The notes beneath the pieces were generated by a model. It was not told where the DNA came from. It searched no databases and saw only the letters and a list, made by a program, of their open reading frames with translations. Shown here piece by piece: positions 17,305 to 26,602 of a stretch of 64,000 bases of DNA. Within the stretch, counting starts at the first letter, position 1; every line of letters begins with the position of its first letter. Both the position numbers and the translations under genes were made by a program. Origin of the DNA: Bacteroidota bacterium (lineage in GTDB: Bacteria > Bacteroidota > Bacteroidia > Chitinophagales > BACL12); the NCBI GenBank assembly GCA_031372705.1, contig JANMLV010000097.1:8316-72315 (forward strand). The letters run 5' to 3'.

Positions 17305-17973
17305 ATGAAGAAAATTATATTATCAAGCCTGTTTTTTTGCGCAATACTTACAACATTGCACGCTCAGGAATTTAGATTTGGCCTTACCGCTTCTCCGGTT
17401 TTCGACTGGTCGAAGGTAGATGGCGGATTATATGAAGGCGAAGGTACTAAAGCCGGTTTTCAATATGGACTACTTTTAGACCAAACTATTGGCAGTGTTG
17501 AACGCTATGCTTTTTCAACCGGTGTCATTATTAATTATGCTAACGTTGGTGTTTCTTTTACTGATACAGCTACAGATATTAAAGCAACTTGGACTGCCAG
17601 AACTCAATACATAGAAATACCGTTAACTGTGCGTCTCAGAACCAATGAAATTAATTATTTCAGCTATTATGGACAATTTGGATTAACACCGGGTTTTTGC
17701 ATCAAATCACGTGGCGACTTAGTAATTAATGATGTCTCTATAGCCGATGATGTAAATCTAAGAGAAACCGATAATTTGACAGGTTCTCAATATCAACTTT
17801 TCAATATTAGCCTTACACTTGGCGTTGGAACAGAATACTCTATTGCAGAAAATACTAATCTCATTGCAGGAATCTTTTTCCAAAACGGATTTGCCAATTT
17901 CATTGATGACGATGTTGATGATAATAACGCGTACCTTAAACAACTTGGTATAAGACTTGGAGTGTTGTTCTGA
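17305..17973 (+). CDS. Small outer-membrane beta-barrel protein (PorT/OMP_b-brl_2-like)
   Basis: Signal peptide ending in HAQ, alternating amphipathic strands, and a terminal ...GIRLGVLF. Confidence 0.7.
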   Translation: MKKIILSSLFFCAILTTLHAQEFRFGLTASPVFDWSKVDGGLYEGEGTKAGFQYGLLLDQTIGSVERYAFSTGVIINYANVGVSFTDTATDIKATWTARTQYIEIPLTVRLRTNEINYFSYYGQFGLTPGFCIKSRGDLVINDVSIADDVNLRETDNLTGSQYQLFNISLTLGVGTEYSIAENTNLIAGIFFQNGFANFIDDDVDDNNAYLKQLGIRLGVLF

Positions 17974-18002
17974 GACCGGATAACAAAATAAAAAATTAAC
18001 TT

Positions 18003-18033
18003 TGTCACGCTCAATAGGCGTGACATTTTTTTT
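18003..18033 (+). terminator. Intrinsic terminator ending at the nadE start codon
   Basis: Stem TGTCACGC / GCGTGACA followed by eight T, which run directly into ATG 18034. Confidence 0.65.
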
Positions 18034-19689
18034 ATGAAGATAGCATTAGCCCAAATAAACGTTCACATCGGCAATTTTGAATCTAATTTCAATAAAATTG
18101 CACACTATATTCAGGAAGCTGAAAATCGCAAAGCTGATATTATTCTTTTTCCTGAATTAAGTGTTTGTGGATACCCACCAAGAGATTTTCTCGACTTTGA
18201 TGATTTTGTAGATAAATGCTATGAAGTAATCGAAAAAATTAAACCATTAACAAAACACATTGCAGTTGTTGTCGGCTCACCAAGTCGCAACCCGAAAATT
18301 GAAGGAAAAGATTTACACAACTCTGCTTTCTTTATTTATGAAGGTGAGATAAAGCATATCGTTAATAAGGCATTATTACCTACGTATGATATATTTGATG
18401 AGTACAGATATTTTGAGCCGGCAACCGAATTTCAAAATATAATATTTAAAGGCCGCAAAATTGCTTTAACTGTTTGTGAAGATTTATGGAACGTGGGCAA
18501 CGATAACCCGATGTACAAAGCGTGCCCAATGGATGTGCTCATTAAAGATAAAATTCAACCCGAAGTAATGTTGAATATATCTGCATCACCATTCGATTAT
18601 GACCATGCAGAAGGACGCATTGCAACTTTAAAAGCAAATACTGCCAAATATAAAATCCCGGTATTTTATGTAAATCATTGCGGAGCACAAACCGATTTAA
18701 TTTTTGATGGTGGCAGTATTATTGTTAATGCCAATTCAGTTGTATTTGATGAAATGATTTATTTTGAAGAAGCGCTGCAAGTGTATGATTTAGATGAAGT
18801 AATTGCATCAGCACAAACACAAATAGTTGACAAGGTTCAACCCAAAGAAAAAATTGAATTAATATATCGCGCATTAGTTACGGGCATTAAAAATTACTTT
18901 GAAAAATTAGGATTTAAAAAAGCAATTTTAGGATTAAGCGGTGGTATCGACTCAGCACTTACAGCCGTGTTGGCGGCAGAAGCATTAGGTAAAGAAAACG
19001 TTTGGGGTTTACTTATGCCATCGCAATACTCTACCGGGCACTCTGTAACAGATGCACTGGAACTGGCAAAAAATATTGGTATTAAACACGATACTATCGC
19101 CATTAAAAACATGTACGACACAGTGTTGCATGAATTAACACCTTTATTTGACGGTAAATCATTCGACGTAACCGAAGAAAATATTCAAGCTCGATTACGT
19201 GGCTTAACCTTAATGGCAATGTGCAATAAGCATGGATACATTTTATTAAACACTACTAATAAAAGTGAAGCCGCTGTTGGCTATGGTACATTATATGGCG
19301 ATTTATGCGGCGGTTTAGCTGTGCTTGCCGATGTATATAAAACGGAAGTATATAAAATGGTTGCTTATATCAATCGCGATAAAGAAATTATTCCGCAACA
19401 CATCATTACAAAAGCACCAAGTGCCGAATTACGCCCGGGTCAAAAAGACCAAGACTCATTGCCACCTTATGATATTTTAGATAGCATTTTATTTCAGTAT
19501 ATAGAATTGTCGCAAAGTCCACAAGACATCCTTGCGCTTGGTTTCGACGAAACAACGGTGCGCCGCACATTAAAAATGGTGAATAGCAATGAATGGAAAA
19601 GATTTCAATTTCCGCCTGTTTTAAGAGTTTCACCTAAAGCTTTTGGTGTTGGCCGACGTATGCCGATTGAAGGAAAATATTTATCGTAA
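18034..19689 (+). CDS. nadE: Glutamine-dependent NAD+ synthetase
   Basis: N-terminal CN-hydrolase (nitrilase) domain plus a PP-loop GLSGGIDS synthetase domain. Confidence 0.9.
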   Translation: MKIALAQINVHIGNFESNFNKIAHYIQEAENRKADIILFPELSVCGYPPRDFLDFDDFVDKCYEVIEKIKPLTKHIAVVVGSPSRNPKIEGKDLHNSAFFIYEGEIKHIVNKALLPTYDIFDEYRYFEPATEFQNIIFKGRKIALTVCEDLWNVGNDNPMYKACPMDVLIKDKIQPEVMLNISASPFDYDHAEGRIATLKANTAKYKIPVFYVNHCGAQTDLIFDGGSIIVNANSVVFDEMIYFEEALQVYDLDEVIASAQTQIVDKVQPKEKIELIYRALVTGIKNYFEKLGFKKAILGLSGGIDSALTAVLAAEALGKENVWGLLMPSQYSTGHSVTDALELAKNIGIKHDTIAIKNMYDTVLHELTPLFDGKSFDVTEENIQARLRGLTLMAMCNKHGYILLNTTNKSEAAVGYGTLYGDLCGGLAVLADVYKTEVYKMVAYINRDKEIIPQHIITKAPSAELRPGQKDQDSLPPYDILDSILFQYIELSQSPQDILALGFDETTVRRTLKMVNSNEWKRFQFPPVLRVSPKAFGVGRRMPIEGKYLS

Positions 19690-19705
19690 TTTAAATTATT
19701 GGTAT

Positions 19706-22015
19706 ATGACGTTTCACGAACCTAAAAAGAAAACACCATTGTTGGGAATAGTTATCTTGGGCATTTTTATTGCGCTTGCTCTGGCTTTATTTTTCTCCTT
19801 AAAAACTTGTAAGAGCACAGGCTTCTTGCGCTCTGCAAAAAGCAGTGATGCCAATTACCTTTACCAAGTATATCCGGCATCTTATAATGGCACCGAATAT
19901 TTTATCAGCCTTGAAGGTGTTTTTAAAACTTCCATCTATGAACGAAAAGGTGGAATTACTATGAGGAGCGGCTCAACCGAATTGCGTTTAACGTTGCATA
20001 ATTTGGCAACCGGCGAATTGGTGGCTCGTGAAGTAATTGGAAATTATCCGGAAGAATATTCAGGTATAATTGGTGCAAAAAACAATATTTTTTGGATGTA
20101 CAATTCGGAAAACGGAATTCATGGTAGAAAAATACCGGAATTAGATATCGCTATAACTCAAGCAGATTTAATTACTGCAAATTCCGAATTAAGCGAAGGG
20201 TTGGCAATGACGCAAAATAACCTTTCCAATATAAACGAATTATACGCTTTCGACAGAGAGCATAATGCATTAATGCTCACCACAATATCAGGTAAAAATA
20301 TTTGGATTGATGGCACCACATTTAAAACAATTGAAGCGCCTGTTGCTTATTTAACAAAAAGCAATTACAATGACATTATAAACAATACAATTAAACAGGC
20401 ACAAGCAGGTCAAACAATTAATATCAATCAAATTACAGATCAAATTATACAAGCTACAACCGGAATTGGCAATGTATTTGAATTTAATCACTTGGCAAAT
20501 CAAATTGTTGCATTCGATAGCTGCACCTATCAATTAAACGGCAAAACTATAAGAACAATCACGAAAACAGATTGCCCACAACCTATTCCAAGCAGCAACC
20601 AAAGTGCATTAGGAACACAATACATTGAACCTAATATTTTAAGTGCCCCAAATCCGGAAAACATGAGTGCTGTTAATCCGCTATTTATCTATCCTGAAAT
20701 GAGTATAATCATGCATGCTAAAACTATGGGCGATAAATCAGAGTTATTAATTAGCGGAATTAACAATAAAACATTAAATAAAATATTTACAATTCCTTCG
20801 GGGATTATCATGAGCAATCACAGAGTATCCTACAATATAAATGCTGCTTTTGGTGTTGAAGATACTTTGTGGCTTGGAATCGACAATCAGTTATTCAGCA
20901 TAAATATTAAAACCGGAAAATTAATCTGGAAAAAAGTTATTGCCAAAAACGACTACAATGCAAAGCTATTAGCCGTAGGCGAAGCAAGCCAAAATGGCAA
21001 GCGCTTTATTATTGTTGCAAACAGTTATTTTACGGTTTTAAATAAACAGGGTATTTTTATTAATGGCAGAACCGACTACCAACAAATGGTTTTGGATGCC
21101 GCAACAGGAAAAATATTAAAACAAACCGAGGTTAACAATTCAAAACCGGAAACACTTCCTTGTTATTTAGGCATGATTAACGATCAGGCTTGGTTTTACA
21201 GTAGTGAATTAGGTTTGCACTCAAGGTTATTACCAAATTTAGCAATACAAGAAAATAATTTTTCTCAAATACTTAAATCAGGAAACATTACCTCACCTAT
21301 AGTAAAAACAACTGGCTATGATAAAGCCTTGGAGGAGAAATACATAGCAATAGATACACGTAAAAAAATATACTATTTTACAACCGAAAATGGATTGCAT
21401 TATGCTTACGACCTATCTAGCAAAAAAGTAAGTGAAATTAATGCGCCTGACGATAAATTATATGAAAATTTAAAATTGCAAAACAAATCGCTAAATAATT
21501 ATTACCAAAATCCCTACCATTCGTCGCCTAATGAAATTAGGCTAATTGATGGCGATAAACTAAAAATAGAAAATACAAATGGGATTCGCAAGTTGACGCA
21601 TATTGCTGCAATAAAGGAGGCGGACATTCAAGTTACAACCGGAGGCAATCAATTTATAGAAGGACAATTTTTAATAAATAGCATTAGCCTTAACAAAGAT
21701 ATTTATTATACCGACGAACGCTACAATCCGGTTAGCACAAACAATAAAGTACCTTTGTGTTATATCTTGCACAAAAACAAAATAGCTCCCGATGCGCATC
21801 GAATTATAAGTAAGTATAATTACGAGTCAGAAAAAACAGTTTGGCAATTCGATGCCACTGCTATGTTGGGAGTTGATGGAGAAATTACACGAATTTACAC
21901 ACGTAAATCAAGTCTGGTAATTATTTTTAAAACCCATCCCGACTTAGATGATAATTTCACTTGCGCATCACTAAATGCAGATACCGGAAAATTAGAATGG
22001 GTATATACGTTTTAA
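19706..22015 (+). CDS. Membrane-anchored hypothetical protein (769 aa) with an internal two-fold duplication
   Basis: The N-terminal TM segment is LLGIVILGIFIALALALFFSL. The repeated module is ATGE(L/I)...W(M/F)Y(N/S)SE(N/L)G(I/L)H(G/S)R..P(E/N)L. The start is trimmed from 19643, which overlaps nadE. Confidence 0.6.
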   Translation: MTFHEPKKKTPLLGIVILGIFIALALALFFSLKTCKSTGFLRSAKSSDANYLYQVYPASYNGTEYFISLEGVFKTSIYERKGGITMRSGSTELRLTLHNLATGELVAREVIGNYPEEYSGIIGAKNNIFWMYNSENGIHGRKIPELDIAITQADLITANSELSEGLAMTQNNLSNINELYAFDREHNALMLTTISGKNIWIDGTTFKTIEAPVAYLTKSNYNDIINNTIKQAQAGQTININQITDQIIQATTGIGNVFEFNHLANQIVAFDSCTYQLNGKTIRTITKTDCPQPIPSSNQSALGTQYIEPNILSAPNPENMSAVNPLFIYPEMSIIMHAKTMGDKSELLISGINNKTLNKIFTIPSGIIMSNHRVSYNINAAFGVEDTLWLGIDNQLFSINIKTGKLIWKKVIAKNDYNAKLLAVGEASQNGKRFIIVANSYFTVLNKQGIFINGRTDYQQMVLDAATGKILKQTEVNNSKPETLPCYLGMINDQAWFYSSELGLHSRLLPNLAIQENNFSQILKSGNITSPIVKTTGYDKALEEKYIAIDTRKKIYYFTTENGLHYAYDLSSKKVSEINAPDDKLYENLKLQNKSLNNYYQNPYHSSPNEIRLIDGDKLKIENTNGIRKLTHIAAIKEADIQVTTGGNQFIEGQFLINSISLNKDIYYTDERYNPVSTNNKVPLCYILHKNKIAPDAHRIISKYNYESEKTVWQFDATAMLGVDGEITRIYTRKSSLVIIFKTHPDLDDNFTCASLNADTGKLEWVYTF

Positions 22016-22021
22016 CGATAG

Positions 22022-23575
22022 TTATTCAACATGAATTTCTTCATCAGATTTATCGAAGAAACGATATTCTGTATATTGGAAGTCGTTGCTGCTCATAACA
22101 TTTATTTTCTGCTTATATTCAAAATACCATTTCCATTGAATACTGCGGAAGAATAAACCGCGCTTGATAAATGCCTCAACAAAAGGATGCACCACCAATT
22201 TTATGTTTTTCTGATTTTGATTTGTAACCAGATACTTAATCTTACGTTCAATATCATCAATCAATAAAACACTAGCTTCAATTTTTCCTGTTCCATTGCA
22301 TGAAGGACAAACTTCAGTTGTAATAATACTAACTTCAGGCTTAACACGCTGACGAGTAATTTGTGCCAGTCCGAATTTAGATACCGGTAAAATAGTATGT
22401 TTCGCTCTGTCGCCGGCCATTGCATCGCGCAGCGCATTAAACACAGCCTTTTTATTATCCGGATGTTTCATATCGATAAAATCGATTATAATAATCCCAC
22501 CCAAATCGCGCAAACGCAATTGACGAGCAATTTCCTTTGCAGCTTCAACATTTACTGAAACAGCATTTTGCTCTTGATCGCCTTTAACGGCTGTTTTATT
22601 TCCGCTGTTAACATCAATAACATGCAATGCTTCGGTATGCTCAACAATTAAATAAGCGCCGCTGTCCATATTAACAGTTCTACCAAACAGCGATTTAATT
22701 TGTTTGGTAACACCATATTGATCGAAAACTGATTTCCCTGTATTGTGAAGGGTAACCATTTTTTCGGAACCCGGACTAATCTTTTTAATGTATTCTTTTA
22801 CCTCGTTGGCAATTGCAGGTTCATTAACCACAACATTATTAAATGAATCATTCAATACATCACGGAGCAAGGTATTAGTTTTGCGCGTTTCGCTGTAAAC
22901 TATTTGTGGTGCTTGAAGTAATTGCAATCGTTTGGTTATTTCAGCCCATTGTGCAATCAGATCCTTCATATCGTCTTGCAATTGCTGGGTAGCAACACCA
23001 TCGGCAACTGTTCTTATTATCACCCCAAAACCTTTTGGGCGCAATTGCTCAATCAATCCTTGTAACCGCTTACGCTCTGTAGCTGAAGCAATCTTGCGAG
23101 ATACGCCTACAACTTCATTAAAAGGAGTTAACACCAAATATCTGCCTGCGAGTGAAATTTCACAACTCAAGCGAGGACCTTTAGTTTGAATTGGTTCTTT
23201 AATTATTTGAACCAGTATATGCTGACTCTTGGCAACAACATTGTTTATTTTGCCGGTTTTTACAATTTCGGGCTCTTTAACAAAGTTGTCCATACGCTGA
23301 GGATGACCTTCCTGAGCGGCTTTCGAATATTTATAAATAGAGCGGAAATGTGGATTCAGGTCTGAGTAATGCAAAAACGCATCGCGCTCAAACCCAACAT
23401 CAACAAAACAGGCATTTAACCCGGGTGTAATTTTTTTAACACGGCCGAGGTACAGGTCGCCCACATTGAAGCGGCTACTCTGAGAGTCACGATGAATCTC
23501 AACGAGTTGTTTATCTTCTAATAATGCAATCTCAGCTCCCGTAGGAGTTGAATTAATAATAAGTTCCCTTTCCAA
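22022..23575 (-). CDS. rng: Ribonuclease E/G family (RNase G)
   Basis: S1 domain GDLYLGRVKKITPGLNACFVDVG and an RNase E/G catalytic core (DVNSG, IIIIDFIDM). Confidence 0.85.
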   Translation of the reverse strand: MERELIINSTPTGAEIALLEDKQLVEIHRDSQSSRFNVGDLYLGRVKKITPGLNACFVDVGFERDAFLHYSDLNPHFRSIYKYSKAAQEGHPQRMDNFVKEPEIVKTGKINNVVAKSQHILVQIIKEPIQTKGPRLSCEISLAGRYLVLTPFNEVVGVSRKIASATERKRLQGLIEQLRPKGFGVIIRTVADGVATQQLQDDMKDLIAQWAEITKRLQLLQAPQIVYSETRKTNTLLRDVLNDSFNNVVVNEPAIANEVKEYIKKISPGSEKMVTLHNTGKSVFDQYGVTKQIKSLFGRTVNMDSGAYLIVEHTEALHVIDVNSGNKTAVKGDQEQNAVSVNVEAAKEIARQLRLRDLGGIIIIDFIDMKHPDNKKAVFNALRDAMAGDRAKHTILPVSKFGLAQITRQRVKPEVSIITTEVCPSCNGTGKIEASVLLIDDIERKIKYLVTNQNQKNIKLVVHPFVEAFIKRGLFFRSIQWKWYFEYKQKINVMSSNDFQYTEYRFFDKSDEEIHVE

Positions 23576-23677
23576 AATAAATACGGATTTTCTCCCTTTA
23601 TGGAATTAAATTAATTTGTTTGCGCGAGCAAACCGGTTGAGGTTGGAAAATATAAAGGGCGGAAAAGATGCCAGTTC

Positions 23678-23767
23678 TTATTTCTTTTTATGGCGATTCT
23701 TTCTCAGGCGTTTTTTACGCTTGTGAGTGGCCATTTTATGTCTTTTACGTTTCTTACCTGATGGCAT
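23678..23767 (-). CDS. 29-aa highly basic peptide, likely ribosomal protein bS22-like
   Basis: ATG...TAA encodes MPSGKKRKRHKMATHKRKKRLRKNRHKKK. It is below the ORF-track size cutoff and sits in an otherwise empty 206-bp gap between rng and the TPR gene. Confidence 0.6.
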   Translation of the reverse strand: MPSGKKRKRHKMATHKRKKRLRKNRHKKK

Positions 23768-23781
23768 ACTAAGTGATTTTT

Positions 23782-24570
23782 TTAATGATTTAAATTATGT
23801 ATCTCACTTCGCACCTGATTCACAATCATCGAATCGGTGGTCATTGATTTTAGTTTTTCTAGCTCCAAAACGGCTGCAGCAGTATCTGTTAATCCAAGAT
23901 AAGTCTGCGCCTTCATGTAACGAGCCTGCAAATTTAGGGAATCTTTTTGTAAAACACTGTCAAATCGCTCCAAAGCTTTATCCAATTGTCCGCTCATAAC
24001 CGAAAAACGACCCAATTCAAGGTTCACTTTAATATTATCAGGATGTGATGAATCTATCTCTCTAAGCATCATAATGCCCTCCATTGGTGCATTTGTGCCC
24101 GAAACCAACACTGTTGCCAAGCCAATTTTTGCATCCAAATCGCCGGGCTGTAATTTTTCGGCCTCCTCAAAACAATATCTTGCGCCATAAACAACATTTA
24201 CGCGCATATCTTCCAATTGCTCAAAATCGATAAGTGAGCTCAATGCCGTTCCCGCGCGCATATAATTATCATAGGTAGGCTCATTGTCGGCAATCTGGCG
24301 CAAATAATCTGCCCCAATTGAAGGTTGCCCCAAGGCCAACCACATATCAGAAAGTTGTTGTAATAATACTGATTTCGACTTTGCTTCAGCGTGCTGCATA
24401 TCTTCTTGCAATTGCACTAAAGTTTCAGCATTTTCGTATTTGAGGGAATCTATTAACAATTCGCGTTGCTTGTCAAAAGCACTAACTTTCGGGGGTTTGT
24501 TGGTAAATCCAAAAAAAATTATGACAATTAAGGCCACAGCCAATCCAACAGCAATTACAATACTTTTCAC
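23782..24570 (-). CDS. Membrane-anchored TPR-repeat protein
   Basis: N-terminal TM helix followed by TPR-like helical repeats. Overlaps the upstream HU-like gene by 1 nt. Confidence 0.6.
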   Translation of the reverse strand: MKSIVIAVGLAVALIVIIFFGFTNKPPKVSAFDKQRELLIDSLKYENAETLVQLQEDMQHAEAKSKSVLLQQLSDMWLALGQPSIGADYLRQIADNEPTYDNYMRAGTALSSLIDFEQLEDMRVNVVYGARYCFEEAEKLQPGDLDAKIGLATVLVSGTNAPMEGIMMLREIDSSHPDNIKVNLELGRFSVMSGQLDKALERFDSVLQKDSLNLQARYMKAQTYLGLTDTAAAVLELEKLKSMTTDSMIVNQVRSEIHNLNH

Positions 24571-24872
24571 TATTTCGAGTTAATTTTTAATTTTTTTCCC
24601 GTTTTTACTCTATCTAAAAACACTTTTGCAGGCTTAAATGCCGGAATTCGCTGTTCCGGAATCTCAATAGCTATGTTCTTTTTAATAATACGGCCAATCT
24701 TTTTCTTGCGTGTTTTCACTACAAAACTTCCAAAACCACGAACATAAACGTTGTTGCCTTCAGCCATCGATTCTCTAATCTCTTTACAGAAGGCTTCAAC
24801 TACAACCATAACGTCTACTTTTTCAAGACCGGTTTTCTCCGTTATTCTATTTACTATATCTGCTTTTCTCAT
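24570..24872 (-). CDS. HU/IHF family DNA-binding protein (IHF-beta-like)
   Basis: V..RGFGSF.V..R pattern and an arm region with Pro (IPAFKP). Confidence 0.8.
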   Translation of the reverse strand: MRKADIVNRITEKTGLEKVDVMVVVEAFCKEIRESMAEGNNVYVRGFGSFVVKTRKKKIGRIIKKNIAIEIPEQRIPAFKPAKVFLDRVKTGKKLKINSK

Positions 24873-24975
24873 AAGGAATTCGTTTTAGTTTGATAATCAG
24901 CACTTTAAACAGCAAAATTCGGCATTTTATTTTAATTACCTTACAATTTTTAACAGTTTGTATTATTGTGCTCGA

Positions 24976-26034
24976 ATGCAAAAGTATTTTACACAAAAAC
25001 TGTTCCGCTGGTACTCCTCAAACAAACGTAATTTACCATGGCTTGGTTCAAACAACCCCTATTTGGTATGGCTGAGTGAGGTAATTCTGCAGCAGACTAG
25101 GGTTGAACAGGGTTTGGACTACTTTCTCAAATTCAAGAAAAAATATCCAACAGTAAAAAAACTTGCCAATGCCAATGCTGATGAAGTGATGAAAATGTGG
25201 GAAGGTTTGGGGTATTATTCCCGTGCACGCAACATGCATTCCACAGCTAAAGTGGTTGATAATGAGCTAAATGGAGTTTTCCCTGACAACTATAACGACC
25301 TGCTTAAACTCAAAGGAGTTGGTAAATACACAGCACATGCCATACTTGCCTATGCATTTAAACAGCCATTTGCTGTAGTTGATGGTAACGTGCTTAGAAT
25401 ATTAGCGCGCTTTTATGGTATGCACGAGCCTGTGGACACTCCCAATGGGAAAGCAATAATTCAGGCAAAAGCCGATAGCCTTTTAGACAAAACCGCTCCC
25501 GACCTATTTAACCAGGCAATGATGGATTTTGGATCGCTTGTTTGTAAACCCAAAAACCCGGATTGCCCTAATTGTCCGGTAAATGGAAGATGTATTGCCT
25601 TTAAAGAGGAACAACAAGCAAACTATCCTATTAAATCGAAAAAAGTTAAACAGCAAACCCGATATTTCCATTTTCTGGTAATTACTGACACGCGAAGCGT
25701 AATACTGGTGCAAAGAACTGAAAAAGACATCTGGAAAAACTTGTTCCAGTTTCCATTAATTATTACTGAAAAAAGTGCTGAGCTTCCTGAAATTATATCA
25801 ACTCCCGGATTTCATGCTCTAAATCTGAAGAACCAAATTCGTATAGTTGAATCGCACATATATAAACAGCAACTTACGCATCAAAAATTATTTTGCAAAT
25901 TTTATATTTTTGAACTTGACAATTTAAAAAACACCGGTGTTCCCAATGCATTAACAGTAGGTTTTAGCCAATTAAAGAAATATGCATTTCCGGGTGTAAT
26001 TCGCGATTTTTTAAAAAATAATGACTATTTTTAG
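24976..26034 (+). CDS. mutY: A/G-specific adenine DNA glycosylase
   Basis: HhH-GPD domain, 4Fe-4S cluster loop CKPKNPDCPNCPVNGRC and a C-terminal NUDIX-like domain. The start is trimmed from 24958. Confidence 0.85.
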   Translation: MQKYFTQKLFRWYSSNKRNLPWLGSNNPYLVWLSEVILQQTRVEQGLDYFLKFKKKYPTVKKLANANADEVMKMWEGLGYYSRARNMHSTAKVVDNELNGVFPDNYNDLLKLKGVGKYTAHAILAYAFKQPFAVVDGNVLRILARFYGMHEPVDTPNGKAIIQAKADSLLDKTAPDLFNQAMMDFGSLVCKPKNPDCPNCPVNGRCIAFKEEQQANYPIKSKKVKQQTRYFHFLVITDTRSVILVQRTEKDIWKNLFQFPLIITEKSAELPEIISTPGFHALNLKNQIRIVESHIYKQQLTHQKLFCKFYIFELDNLKNTGVPNALTVGFSQLKKYAFPGVIRDFLKNNDYF

Positions 26035-26066
26035 TGTTCAAAGATTTTTAGACAACACATAATATT

Positions 26067-26507
26067 ATGAGCGGAGTAAACAAAGTAATTCTCATAGGCA
26101 ATTTAGGCAAAGACCCTGATTTGAGAACTTTCGAAGGTGGTAATGTTGTGGCTAATTTCACTTTGGCTACAACAGAAGTTTATCGCGACAAAACAGGAAA
26201 TAAAGTTGAACAAACCGAGTGGCATAATATTGCTATGTGGGGCAAATTGGCGGAGATTGCAGGCAAAATTTTGCGAAAAGGCGCTAAAGTATATGTTGAA
26301 GGACGAATTAAAAACCGTAGCTGGGAAGACCGAGAAGGTCATAAAAAACACGTGACCGAAATTGTTGCAGAAAACTTCACACTGCTAGGCCCGCGCCCCG
26401 GCAACACAACCGCCGGTGGAACACATTCTTCGGCCGACTACGACATGTCGCATTCGCAACCGGAAAATGAAAAAAACAGGTTAGAAGACAATGGACTTCC
26501 ATTCTAA
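26067..26507 (+). CDS. ssb: Single-stranded DNA-binding protein
   Basis: OB-fold N-terminus MSGVNKVILIGNLGKDPDLR and an acidic tail ending DNGLPF. Confidence 0.9.
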   Translation: MSGVNKVILIGNLGKDPDLRTFEGGNVVANFTLATTEVYRDKTGNKVEQTEWHNIAMWGKLAEIAGKILRKGAKVYVEGRIKNRSWEDREGHKKHVTEIVAENFTLLGPRPGNTTAGGTHSSADYDMSHSQPENEKNRLEDNGLPF

Positions 26508-26548
26508 TTTAACAGGTAATAATTCACTAAATATTATTCAATTAACTA

Positions 26549-26578
26549 ACTTGCAATCTCAAAATTGCAAGTTTTTTC
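26549..26578 (+). terminator. Intrinsic terminator after ssb
   Basis: Stem ACTTGCAAT / ATTGCAAGT with loop CTCAAA, followed by a T-run. Confidence 0.7.
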
Positions 26579-26602
26579 ATTTTTACGCGTTATCTATTTT
26601 AA

